Positions 1-8,165 of a DNA stretch of 34,624 bases are shown here, piece by piece. The notes beneath the pieces were generated by a model that was not told the origin of the DNA, made no database searches, and saw only the letters and a list, made by a program, of their open reading frames with translations. This DNA is from an uncultured Ruminococcus sp. (GTDB taxonomy: Bacteria > Bacillota > Clostridia > Oscillospirales > CAG-272). The stretch is from positions 1 through 34,624 of the forward strand of contig CADBQA010000111.1 of assembly GCA_902796675.1 (NCBI GenBank), in the 5' to 3' direction. The translations under genes and the position numbers were made by a program. Every line of letters starts with the position of its first letter. Within the stretch, counting starts at the first letter, position 1.

Positions 1-19
1 GAAGACAAAGTCTTCAGCC

Positions 20-145
20 TGAGTCAGAGGAAGAGAAACGCAGGTAGATTCGGTGATCTCGCCGCGGTAGGCGTAGTGACCTACGTCCAGCGGCGAGAGC
101 GCCGAAAAGCAATGACGGCGGGCATTTTGCCCGCCGCTCTTTTTT
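20..145 (+). repeat. Structured dispersed repeat (MITE/ncRNA-like), full-length copy
   Basis: 20-72 aligns gap-free with 34381-34433, and 121-188 matches 34431-34498 with one mismatch. Contains a long hairpin (ttcgg 49-53/ccgaa 102-106; tctcgccgc 57-65/gcggcgaga 90-98; gcgtag 71-76/ctacgt 81-86) and a terminal cggcgggc..gcccgccg hairpin followed by a T-run. Confidence 0.75.
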
Positions 146-154
146 ATACTGACA

Positions 155-181
155 CGGCTCGATGTGGGCATCGAGCCCTAC
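155..181 (-). repeat. REP palindrome, GTAG family
   Basis: Minus strand reads GTAGGGCTCGATGCCCACATCGAGCCG: GTAG tetramer followed by a GGCTCGATG/CATCGAGCC hairpin. Identical copies at 34465-34491 and 34505-34531. Confidence 0.85.
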
Positions 182-237
182 GGATTTGTAGGTGTTCCTT
201 CATTTCATTGCTGCTCTGCCAAGTTTGTCTTCGCTCT

Positions 238-263
238 GAAAAGCCGCTTTTGCGGCTTTTTTC
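238..263. terminator. Rho-independent terminator (bidirectional) after the PrsA-like gene
   Basis: aaaagccgc-tttt-gcggctttt inverted repeat adjacent to the stop codon at 264. Confidence 0.8.
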
Positions 264-1097
264 TCATTTCAACAGTTCCGACGCGGCGTCGGAAAGAATT
301 TTGCTGAAGCTGCCCTCTCCGTACGATACGACTAGATCGTTTTGCATCTTATCGACGATCTCCTCCGTCAGCTCGTACCTTTTGACGATACACCAGCCGG
401 CGTCCGTCTCGAAAGGCTCCGAGATCTCGCCGACTTCGAGCGAGAAGCAGACGCTCTCGTACTTTTCGTCATAGTTGCCGCGGGCGAACACGAAACTGTC
501 CTCGTAGTTTCCTATCTCCCCGGCGGGCGACATAAACGCGTATTTTTTCATCGTATCCTCAAAAGAAGACGTCTTCGCCATCTCGGCGGCGCCCTCTATC
601 GCGTCCTTCGCGCCCTCGCCGGTCGTGACGATACGCTTCACGCGCACGGCGCCTCCGGAGAGAAATTCCGCTTTGAGGGAGGCGGCGTCCTGAGATATTT
701 CGCCGTCCGATATAAGCTTGAAATAAAGCGCGTCTGTCAGCACGTCGCGCTCTATGAGCTTTTCGTAGAGCGCCTCCGTAATGGAAGCGGCTTTCAGCTC
801 GTCCTCAAGCGCGTCCTCGTCGCCGCCGTACGCCTCGGAGAGCATCCGCGCGCGCTCCGCCTCGCACTTGGCGAGGAACTCCTCACTGCGATAGTCGTAA
901 CCGATCTTGTCCGCCACCGCGTATGGCGAAAGAAAGAGCGAGATCGCGCCGTCGTCGCCGTCGTAGAGAGCGTCAAGGTCCTCGTCTACGTCGTATCCGC
1001 CGATATTCTTTACGATCTTCGCCTCCCCGCACGAAGCCATGATAACGGCGAGAATTATGCAAGTTATTATCAAAACGGTCTTTTTCAAATCGTTCAC
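264..1097 (-). CDS. Parvulin/PpiC-type peptidyl-prolyl isomerase lipoprotein (PrsA-like foldase)
   Basis: Lipoprotein signal ending MAS-C; C-terminal parvulin signature 'FSLEVGEISEPFETDAGWCIVKR'. Positions that are usually His read RI and WC here, so it may be degenerate. Confidence 0.75.
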   Translation of the reverse strand: MNDLKKTVLIITCIILAVIMASCGEAKIVKNIGGYDVDEDLDALYDGDDGAISLFLSPYAVADKIGYDYRSEEFLAKCEAERARMLSEAYGGDEDALEDELKAASITEALYEKLIERDVLTDALYFKLISDGEISQDAASLKAEFLSGGAVRVKRIVTTGEGAKDAIEGAAEMAKTSSFEDTMKKYAFMSPAGEIGNYEDSFVFARGNYDEKYESVCFSLEVGEISEPFETDAGWCIVKRYELTEEIVDKMQNDLVVSYGEGSFSKILSDAASELLK

Positions 1098-1138
1098 TTC
1101 CCTTCGTGGTTATTTTACCACAGAGCGCGGCTTTTTGC

Positions 1139-1165
1139 AACAGAAATCCTCATCCGGCATAAAAT
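1139..1165 (+). promoter_or_regulatory. Putative SigK/SigE-type sporulation promoter
   Basis: AC(1140-1141)-N16-CATAAAAT(1158-1165) fits the AC-N16-18-CATAnnnT consensus; RBS aaggag at 1187-1192. Confidence 0.4.
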
Positions 1166-1200
1166 GATGACAGATAAGGTATCCGAAAGGAGATGTGCAT

Positions 1201-1422
1201 TTGAAACTCGACGGAAAAAGGATCCGGACGCTGACGTCTATGAGCGACGAGCGTATGTGGGGCGCGATAAAGTTTTTCGCCTCGGCAAACGGCGTCGATC
1301 TCTCGAAAAAGAGAGTGACGCCGCGGGAACTTTCTAATCTGAAAACAATGTTAAATTCGCTGACTGACTCCGATCTTACGCGAGTCGGCGAGCTTATCGA
1401 CGTTTACAAATACGGGAGGTAA
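1201..1422 (+). CDS. Small hypothetical protein (possibly sporulation-related)
   Basis: TTG at 1201 lies 8 nt after aaggag (ORF track starts at GTG 1195). First of three tightly packed genes. Confidence 0.7.
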   Translation: MKLDGKRIRTLTSMSDERMWGAIKFFASANGVDLSKKRVTPRELSNLKTMLNSLTDSDLTRVGELIDVYKYGR

Positions 1423-1424
1423 AT

Positions 1425-1730
1425 ATGAGCGACCTTGACGGAATGATAGAAAACGCGATGAAGGACCCGCGATTTGCGGATATCCTCTCGTCTCTCAAGG
1501 AAAAAGCCGACAAAGGAGAGCTTGACGTCTCGTCCGTTCTCGGCGAGATGACAGGCGGCGAAGCGCCAAAGACGCCCTCGTCAAAGCCCGGTATGGAAAG
1601 CCACAAAAAGCTTCTCGCCGCGCTGAAGCCGTATCTTCGCGACGACAGACGCGGAGCCGTCGACGGGATACTCCGCATCGGTGAATTTTCGGGGATAATC
1701 GAGGCTATGACGAAGAAGGACGGGAGGTAA
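1425..1730 (+). CDS. Small hypothetical protein (possibly sporulation-related)
   Basis: gggagg RBS overlaps the end of the previous gene; 'LLAALKPYL...R...VD' motif recalled from small clostridial conserved proteins. Confidence 0.75.
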   Translation: MSDLDGMIENAMKDPRFADILSSLKEKADKGELDVSSVLGEMTGGEAPKTPSSKPGMESHKKLLAALKPYLRDDRRGAVDGILRIGEFSGIIEAMTKKDGR

Positions 1731-1733
1731 TAT

Positions 1734-2075
1734 ATGTACTCTCGAAACAGAGCATGGCAGAGCGAAGAGACGCACCTGCCGGCGAGATACTCGGGCGTGA
1801 GATTCCGCCGTGACAAAAGGAGCGACGGGCGTGACGTCGCGGTAGAAATACCCATAAAAGAGCCGCCGCTTCCCGCTCCGTCCGCGGTAAAAGAAGAAGA
1901 GACGGCGCCGGAGGAAAAACGGGGGACGACGCTCAAAGCCCTGTCGTCTCTTTTCGGCAACGTCGAGCAGGACGACATACTCCTCGCCGCGCTAATAATC
2001 GTGCTCGCGGGCGAGGGCGCCGAGGAAAACCGCGAGGCTATCCTCTTACTTATACTTCTTCTCTGCGTGAGATGA
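1734..2075 (+). CDS. Small hypothetical protein with hydrophobic C-terminal hairpin
   Basis: gggagg RBS; C-terminal 'DDILLAALIIVL....ILLLILLL'. Confidence 0.75.
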   Translation: MYSRNRAWQSEETHLPARYSGVRFRRDKRSDGRDVAVEIPIKEPPLPAPSAVKEEETAPEEKRGTTLKALSSLFGNVEQDDILLAALIIVLAGEGAEENREAILLLILLLCVR

Positions 2076-2095
2076 AAATGAAAAATAAAAAGGAT

Positions 2096-2129
2096 GAACG
2101 GGAGAGAGTTTTTAGGCTCTCCCCCGTTC
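2096..2129 (-). terminator. Rho-independent terminator of spo0A
   Basis: gaacgggagagag / ctctcccccgttc stem (the one mismatch is G-U on the minus strand) with an A-rich flank at ~2076-2091 (U-tract on the minus strand). Confidence 0.7.
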
Positions 2130-2163
2130 GCGCATATATGGAAAGGAATCTGATGGGCAATAT

Positions 2164-2934
2164 TTATCTTATTTTGTATTTGAGGCGGAGATTATCCGCG
2201 ATCATGGCTATAAATTCGGAGTTCGTCGGCTTGCCGCGGTTATTCTGCACGGTGTAGCCGAAATAAGAGTTCAGCGTGTCGACGTCGCCGCGGTCCCACG
2301 CGACCTCTATCGCGTGACGGATGGCGCGCTCGACGCGCGAGGTCGTCGTCTGATACTTCTTAGCGACGGTGGGATAGAGCACTTTCGTCACGGAGTTTAT
2401 TACGTCGTTGTCGGATATCGTCATAAGTATCGCGCTCCTGAGATACTGATACCCTTTGATGTGCGCCGGGACGCCTATCTGGTGGATTATCTTCGTGACC
2501 TGCGCCTCCATATCGGGAGTGGCTCCGTCGCGAGTCAGGGTGCCGTGGCGGCGGCTGTCCTCTATCTGACTGACGTGCGCGCCAATACCCGACAGATCAA
2601 GCGGCTTAGGGAGGCAGAGCGCGGCTCCCGCCTTAGTCGCTTCGACGAATATATTTTGATTAATGACGAGAGACGATACGATAAACGCGGGAGGAAGGTC
2701 CGGCGCGTATGAGCGCGAAAGCGCCTGACGGACGAGCCCGATGCCGTCGATGCGCGAGAGCCAAACGTCGCAAAGCACAACGTCGTAAGCTCCGTGCGAG
2801 ATCATCGAGAGCGCGTCCTCACCGTTCGACGCCTCATCGACAAATCTGTAACCGTATTTAAGAAGGGCGTCCTTGACGGACCTCCTTGAATCAGAATTTT
2901 CATCCGCGATAAGTATTTTTGTCTGCTTGTTCAT
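2164..2934 (-). CDS. spo0A: Stage 0 sporulation response regulator Spo0A
   Basis: Receiver domain plus the diagnostic C-terminus '[14 protein letters not shown]...[31 protein letters not shown]...[13 protein letters not shown]'. Confidence 0.98.
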   Translation of the reverse strand: MNKQTKILIADENSDSRRSVKDALLKYGYRFVDEASNGEDALSMISHGAYDVVLCDVWLSRIDGIGLVRQALSRSYAPDLPPAFIVSSLVINQNIFVEATKAGAALCLPKPLDLSGIGAHVSQIEDSRRHGTLTRDGATPDMEAQVTKIIHQIGVPAHIKGYQYLRSAILMTISDNDVINSVTKVLYPTVAKKYQTTTSRVERAIRHAIEVAWDRGDVDTLNSYFGYTVQNNRGKPTNSEFIAMIADNLRLKYKIR

Positions 2935-3142
2935 TTTATACTCCTTATATGCAATTTTATACAGTAGATGATCGGATCATCCGTTCTCTTCAAGACGCTA
3001 ACAGTTTACCACATATTTCCTTTTATTTCAAGTATTTCAAGTCAAAAAAGATGCACAAAAATCATACCCTCGCGATGTTAATTATTACCATATATTACCA
3101 TAATATTATCGACTTTTCGCGAAATATGAAAGGGTTTGTCAC

Positions 3143-3178
3143 AAAGAAAAAACGACCCGACAGGGTCGTTTTTTCTTT
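3143..3178. terminator. Rho-independent terminator after the M23 gene
   Basis: Perfect inverted repeat aaagaaaaaacgaccc-gaca-gggtcgttttttcttt. Confidence 0.85.
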
Positions 3179-3923
3179 ATCCTTCGTATGAAGTGCTTCC
3201 TGTTATCGCGACGTGGTCGAGCGGATTCACCGCGACGCCGCCCTCTGTCATCTCGAAGTGGACGTGAGGCTCCTCGGCGACTTCGATAAGCGCGGTGTCT
3301 CCTATCGCGCCTATCGGCTGTCCCGCCTTGACCTCGACGCCCTGCGCTATTCCCTCGGGAAGTATCTCGTTTAGCCCTTTATAAGTCGTGACGAATCCCG
3401 CGTCGTGGACGACGGTGAGGCACGTCCCCATAAGCGGGTCGTTCCATATCGCGCCGATCTTTCCGTCCGCGGCGGAAAGGACAGCCTCGCCCTCTTCGCC
3501 CGCTATATCGACGCCGCCGTGCACTCTGTAATCGTTCATCGTCTCGGAGAATACCGGCACGGTGTCGGAGTAGCCCTTAATGACGATTCCGCTGACTGGC
3601 GACATAAACGTCGGTTTTACCGGCGCGGGCGGTTCTGCGGGCGTCTCTTCCGGCTTCGTGTCTTCCGGCTTTACCGTCTTTTCAGTCTCCGGAGAGCTTT
3701 TTTCAGTTTCCGCTTTGCGAGAATCAGCGCCGCCCTTATTCGTACTCTTATCGGCAGGAGTGACGACAGTCGGCACAGAATTTTTCCCTTTATCAATCTG
3801 AGTCGCCGCCTTTCTGTCCGCTATCGACGTCGTGATACCGACTATCGCCGCGAGAAGCACGAGTATCGCGATCAGCGGGATATAGAAACTTTTCATTTGA
3901 TTCTTGTTTTTTTTATTTTCCAT
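3177..3923 (-). CDS. Membrane-anchored M23 peptidase, SpoIIQ-like
   Basis: N-terminal TM helix, low-complexity linker, LytM domain with HGGVD (HxxxD) and PHVHF (HxH). The 'PVFSETMNDYRVH' and 'DPLMG' motifs are typical of clostridial SpoIIQ. Confidence 0.8.
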   Translation of the reverse strand: MENKKNKNQMKSFYIPLIAILVLLAAIVGITTSIADRKAATQIDKGKNSVPTVVTPADKSTNKGGADSRKAETEKSSPETEKTVKPEDTKPEETPAEPPAPVKPTFMSPVSGIVIKGYSDTVPVFSETMNDYRVHGGVDIAGEEGEAVLSAADGKIGAIWNDPLMGTCLTVVHDAGFVTTYKGLNEILPEGIAQGVEVKAGQPIGAIGDTALIEVAEEPHVHFEMTEGGVAVNPLDHVAITGSTSYEG

Positions 3924-3951
3924 GTAGAGTGACCTCCGTCTCTTTTACTCC

Positions 3952-3981
3952 TATTTTTTGCCCGTCGCGCCTTTATTATTC
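3952..3981 (-). promoter_or_regulatory. Putative SigF/SigG-type promoter for the SpoIIQ-like gene
   Basis: Minus strand GAATA-N15-GCAAAAAATA, close to GYATA-N15-GGnnAnAHTR; ggagg RBS downstream. Confidence 0.4.
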
Positions 3982-4007
3982 ACCGCGACGAAAAAATAAT
4001 TCATCCG

Positions 4008-4036
4008 TTGACACCCCCATAATATTGTGATATTAT
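4008..4036 (+). promoter_or_regulatory. SigA promoter for thyA operon
   Basis: TTGACA-17 nt-TATTAT with extended -10 TG. Confidence 0.7.
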
Positions 4037-4068
4037 TATATTAACAATATATTATTCGGAGGTCCGTC

Positions 4069-4971
4069 ATGTCAAAATGGGATCGGGATTATATTTCGCT
4101 CTGTAAAAGAATACTCACCGAGGGCGTCGAGGTCGAAAACCGCACCGGCGTCAACACGGTCAAAATACCCGCGCACTACCTCCACTTCGACCTTTCCGAG
4201 GAGTTCCCCGTGCTGACGACGAAGCAGCTCTTTTTCCGTCAGGCGATAACGGAAATGCTCTGGTTCTATCAGGCGCAGTCAAACGACGTCAGATGGCTTC
4301 AGGAGCGCGGAGTCAAGATCTGGGACGAATGGGAGATCGCCGAGGACGGCTACTGGCGCGCCGAGCAAATGATGCCCGGCGAGGACGGCAGGCTCGTTAA
4401 GACGAAGGTCGAAAAATATTTCGGGCCGGAATGGGCGCACACCATCGGCACCGCTTACGGTTACATAATCAATAAATTTCACCTCACCGAGAGGCTTCTT
4501 GACACGGTCAAAAACAACCCGACGGACAGACGCTGCGTCCTCACGCTCTGGCAGGACGACTACGTTCCGACGGCGGTGCTTCCCTCTTGCGTATGGAGCA
4601 CGGAATGGGACGTCACGGACGGACGCCTTTCCGCGTGGGTGCATCAGAGAAGCTGCGACGTGCCGCTCGGTCTTCCCTTCAACGTGACGCAGTACGCGAC
4701 GCTCCTCTCGCTCGTTGCCCACTGCACGGGACTTAAGGTCGGCACGCTCGACTGGAGCATCAAGGACGCGCACATCTACGTAAATCAGATAGACGGGATA
4801 AAGGAACAGATAGAGCGTTTCGACACGAAGGGCGACCTTCCCGCGCCGACGCTCTGGATAAACCCCGAGGTGCGCGACTTCTTCAAGATCGACAACTCAA
4901 AGGAGCTTAAAGATATAAAGATCGTCGGTTACGAGCACATGGGAAAGATCTCGTTCCCGATAGCGCAGTAA
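4069..4971 (+). CDS. thyA: Thymidylate synthase
   Basis: NRTG, FPVLTTK, catalytic Cys in LPSCV, QRSCD..LGLPFN, DAHIY motifs. Confidence 0.96.
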   Translation: MSKWDRDYISLCKRILTEGVEVENRTGVNTVKIPAHYLHFDLSEEFPVLTTKQLFFRQAITEMLWFYQAQSNDVRWLQERGVKIWDEWEIAEDGYWRAEQMMPGEDGRLVKTKVEKYFGPEWAHTIGTAYGYIINKFHLTERLLDTVKNNPTDRRCVLTLWQDDYVPTAVLPSCVWSTEWDVTDGRLSAWVHQRSCDVPLGLPFNVTQYATLLSLVAHCTGLKVGTLDWSIKDAHIYVNQIDGIKEQIERFDTKGDLPAPTLWINPEVRDFFKIDNSKELKDIKIVGYEHMGKISFPIAQ

Positions 4972-5002
4972 ACGACACACTTTTTGAAAGAACGGTGATA
5001 TT

Positions 5003-6205
5003 ATGATCTCGATCATAGCGGCTGTGGGGCAAAACCTCGAGCTCGGATATAAAAACGACCTTATATGGCGCGTAAAGGGCGACCTTCAGAACTTCAAGGC
5101 GATAACTGAAGGACACGCCGTCGTCATGGGTCAGAAGACTTATGAATCCATGGGGCGTCCGCTCCCCGGCAGGCGAAACGTCGTCATAACGTGGGACAAA
5201 GAGTTCGCGCCGGACGGAGTGACCGTCGTTTATTCGATCGACGAAGCGATATCGGTCCTCGACCCGGACGAGGAGAGCTTCATTATCGGCGGCGGCTCGA
5301 TCTACCGCCAGTTTCTTCCCTTGGCGGACAGGCTGTACCTGACCGAGGTCGAAGCGTCTTTCCCCGACGCCGACACGTATTTCCCCGAATTTGACAAGTC
5401 GCTCTACACTCGCGCCGTAATGAAACGGCTCGACGCGGGAGAGCCCGCAGCCGACGTCGTTCTATATGAAAAAAAAACCGATAACGAGCCGTTAAAGCTC
5501 GGTATCCTCGGTGGACTCGGGCCCGCGGCGAGCGCGTATTTCTACGAGATGATAACGGAACACACGAAAGCCGAGCGCGACCAGGACCACATCGACATCC
5601 TTCTCTCCTCTCGCGCGTCGACTCCCGACAGGACCGCGTTCATCCTCGGCAAGAGCCGCGAAAATCCGCTTCCGGTCATGATACGCGACGCGAAGTATCT
5701 CGAGAGCTGCAACGTCTCGGCGATAGTTATTCCCTGCAACACGGCGCATTATTTCATTGACGAAATTCGCCGCTCGGTGAGCGTGCCTATGCCGTCCATC
5801 ATAACGGAGACCGTCGCGCACATCAAGCGCGCGGGTTATAAAAAAGCGGGCATACTCGCGACGGAGGGCACCGTCAGCGCGGGAAGCTATCAGATGGAAT
5901 GCGAACGCGCCGGCATCGAATGGGAGATACCGTCTGAAGAGTCGCAAAAGGCGATATCGGAGATCATCTACGGCAACGTGAAGCAGGGTAAACCCGTTGA
6001 TCGGGAAAAATTCCTCGCGGTCTGCCGCGAGCTCTTCGACAAGGGCTGCGAGACGCTGATACTCGGCTGCACGGAGCTCTCTCTCGTCAACCGCTCGCTC
6101 GGCGGCGACGAAAGATTCACGGACTCTCTCGAGGTTCTCGCCTACACGGCGATAAAGCTCTGCGGTCACACACCCTGCGGCTTCGGAAAAGACTTTAAGG
6201 ACTGA
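5003..6205 (+). CDS. folA: Dihydrofolate reductase fused to aspartate/glutamate racemase
   Basis: aa 1-~158 is DHFR (IIAAVG..LG..NDLIW..KGDLQNFK, VVMG.KTYES, RPLPGRRN, IIGGGSIY, DTYFP). From aa ~163 it is a racemase (LGILGGLGP, DQDHI, PDRTA, PCNTAH, GCTELS). One open frame. Confidence 0.88.
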   Translation: MISIIAAVGQNLELGYKNDLIWRVKGDLQNFKAITEGHAVVMGQKTYESMGRPLPGRRNVVITWDKEFAPDGVTVVYSIDEAISVLDPDEESFIIGGGSIYRQFLPLADRLYLTEVEASFPDADTYFPEFDKSLYTRAVMKRLDAGEPAADVVLYEKKTDNEPLKLGILGGLGPAASAYFYEMITEHTKAERDQDHIDILLSSRASTPDRTAFILGKSRENPLPVMIRDAKYLESCNVSAIVIPCNTAHYFIDEIRRSVSVPMPSIITETVAHIKRAGYKKAGILATEGTVSAGSYQMECERAGIEWEIPSEESQKAISEIIYGNVKQGKPVDREKFLAVCRELFDKGCETLILGCTELSLVNRSLGGDERFTDSLEVLAYTAIKLCGHTPCGFGKDFKD

Positions 6206-6210
6206 TTTTA

Positions 6211-7470
6211 ATGAACAAAAGAAAAAGCATGACGCTTCCGTTCGTCGCGGCGGCCGCCGTCGCGCTCGCCGTCATTATAGCCTTTGCGGCGATCGTCGTC
6301 GCAAGGCGTCAGCGCGAGCGTGAAAACGTGAACTATATACCGGAAAAGGAAGAAAGGTTTCACGTTCTGCCGGACGAATACCGCGGCGTATGGGTGCCGA
6401 CGGCGTACAATATCGCGTTTCCCTCATCGAGAAATCTCGACGCCGCGTCACTTGAGGCGGAGTGCGCCGCCCTCGTCGACGACGTCTCCTCACTCGGTAT
6501 GAACACGATCATTTTACAGGTCAGACCCGAGTGCGACGCTTTTTATAAGTCTGGCATCTTCCCCGTTTCGAAATGGCTCTCGACGGACGGCGAGCTGACC
6601 GTCGACGTGCTGGGTGAAGTATTAAAGAGAGCGCACGAAAAAAATATAGCCGTCTTCGCCTGGGTCAATCCCCTTCGCGTGACGGCGGGCAAAACTCCGC
6701 TTGAAAACCTGCCCGACTCATCCCCGGTAAAGAGCGCCCCGCTCTCGGGCTGCGTCGTATCCTACGGCGGCAGGCTCTACCTCGATCCTGCAAAACCGGA
6801 GGCGAGAGACCTCGTCTGCCGGGGCGTCGCCGAGATAGTTAAAAACTATGAGGTCGACGGCGTGATCTTCGACGACTACTTCTACCCTTACAGCGTCTAT
6901 GAAAAGGACGACGACGGGAACGACATTCTCGCGGTCTTCGACGACGCGGAGAGCTTTGAAGTTTACGGAAAGGACTACGAGACAAAGGGCGATTTCAGAC
7001 GCGACAACGTGAATAAACTGATATCCGAGGTATATTCGGCGGTAAAGAGCGCCGACCCGAGATGCCGCTTCGGCGTCGCACCCTTCGGTATATGGAAAAA
7101 TCTCTCGGGCGAGGACGGCGCAACGCACGGACTTGAAAGCTACTATGAGCTGTACTGCGACACTCTCGCCTGGTGCGAGGCGAAGACCGTTGACTTCATC
7201 GCGCCGCAGATCTACTGGTCGGAAGACAGTACCGTCGCGCCGTTCGACGCGCTCGCCGCATGGTGGAGCAAAAAGCTTGAAGGAACAGGCGTCGACCTTC
7301 TCATAACCCACGCGGCGTACCGCTACGCGGAAGGGTTTGAGGAGGGAGAGATGACGAGACAGACGGAGTTTGCAAAAACGCTTCCCGGTTACCGCGGCAG
7401 CTTCTATTACAGCTATGCCGCCTTCCGCGACGACCTCGCGGGGATACGGGATGAACTCAAATCCAAATGA
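6211..7470 (+). CDS. Glycoside hydrolase-like family 10 (GHL10/DUF187, YddW/DigH-like), membrane-anchored
   Basis: RGVWV, QVRP..DAFY.S, AWVNP.R, YEVDGVIFDDYFYP, FGVAPFGIW, PQIYW motifs; N-terminal TM helix. Confidence 0.88.
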   Translation: MNKRKSMTLPFVAAAAVALAVIIAFAAIVVARRQRERENVNYIPEKEERFHVLPDEYRGVWVPTAYNIAFPSSRNLDAASLEAECAALVDDVSSLGMNTIILQVRPECDAFYKSGIFPVSKWLSTDGELTVDVLGEVLKRAHEKNIAVFAWVNPLRVTAGKTPLENLPDSSPVKSAPLSGCVVSYGGRLYLDPAKPEARDLVCRGVAEIVKNYEVDGVIFDDYFYPYSVYEKDDDGNDILAVFDDAESFEVYGKDYETKGDFRRDNVNKLISEVYSAVKSADPRCRFGVAPFGIWKNLSGEDGATHGLESYYELYCDTLAWCEAKTVDFIAPQIYWSEDSTVAPFDALAAWWSKKLEGTGVDLLITHAAYRYAEGFEEGEMTRQTEFAKTLPGYRGSFYYSYAAFRDDLAGIRDELKSK

Positions 7471-7496
7471 AAAAGCCGCCAGCGGGCGGCTTTTTT
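7470..7496. terminator. Bidirectional Rho-independent terminator
   Basis: aaaaagccgcc-agcg-ggcggcttttt between convergent genes. Confidence 0.85.
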
Positions 7497-7503
7497 ATTT
7501 GGT

Positions 7504-8145
7504 TTATGCTTTCGGTTTGTAGATGTGCTTCTCGACGAACTTCTTGTATATCGCGTCGACGAGGAGGCAGCCGAGAACGCCGCAGATCGTGCCGATAAGA
7601 GCGCCGCATATAACGTCAGTCGGATAGTGGACGCCGACGTAGAGGCGGCTGTAAGCGACGAGAACGGCGAAAATGTAGGCGATGACGCCCCACTTCTTTC
7701 CCTTGCCGCGGGTCGCGAACGCGACGGCGAAAGCTATCTCAAATACCGCGACGGAGTGACCGGACGGGAAGGATTTTTCACTCTGCTCTTCGATCATGCG
7801 AAGGAAGTCGTAACCCTCGACCGTGTACGGACGGGGTCTTGCAATGAGGGGCTTGAGCGTGAGGTTGCAGATGATAAGCCCGAAGAGGAGCGCGACTCCC
7901 ATCATCCAGCCGAGGCGGGCGAAGTCGAACTTCCCTCTGAAGGACTCGTCAAGCGTTCCCGCGCGGCGGCGCTTTAAGTAGATCGCCGTTCCGATGATTA
8001 TGAAAATAACCGGATAAATAGGCGCGATGAAGGGCTCGGCGAGATGTGTGATGAACCACATAATTTCGTTGAGCACGGGGAAATGAAGGTGATCGTGAAT
8101 AAACCTGAGTATCGCAAGATCGATTTCCGTGATTGTCTGAATCAT
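7504..8145 (-). CDS. PAP2-family membrane phosphatase (undecaprenyl-PP phosphatase BcrC-like)
   Basis: K...ARPRP, SFPSGH, SRLYVGVHYPTDV motifs. Start moved to ATG 8145 behind an aaggag RBS. Confidence 0.9.
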   Translation of the reverse strand: MIQTITEIDLAILRFIHDHLHFPVLNEIMWFITHLAEPFIAPIYPVIFIIIGTAIYLKRRRAGTLDESFRGKFDFARLGWMMGVALLFGLIICNLTLKPLIARPRPYTVEGYDFLRMIEEQSEKSFPSGHSVAVFEIAFAVAFATRGKGKKWGVIAYIFAVLVAYSRLYVGVHYPTDVICGALIGTICGVLGCLLVDAIYKKFVEKHIYKPKA

Positions 8146-8165
8146 TTCGTTTCTCCTTATATTTT

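Noticed and set aside
20-145. T-box, SAM riboswitch or hammerhead ribozyme
   Set aside because: No TGGnACC T-box bulge, SAM-I core or CTGAnGA core; no co-oriented downstream gene
76-474. ORF 76-474 and short ORFs 2072-2257 and 2919-3191
   Set aside because: They run across repeats, terminators or promoter DNA, overlap real genes, and lack coding features
2935-3142. Spo0A boxes upstream of spo0A
   Set aside because: No exact TGNCGAA match found; only degenerate words in AT-rich DNA
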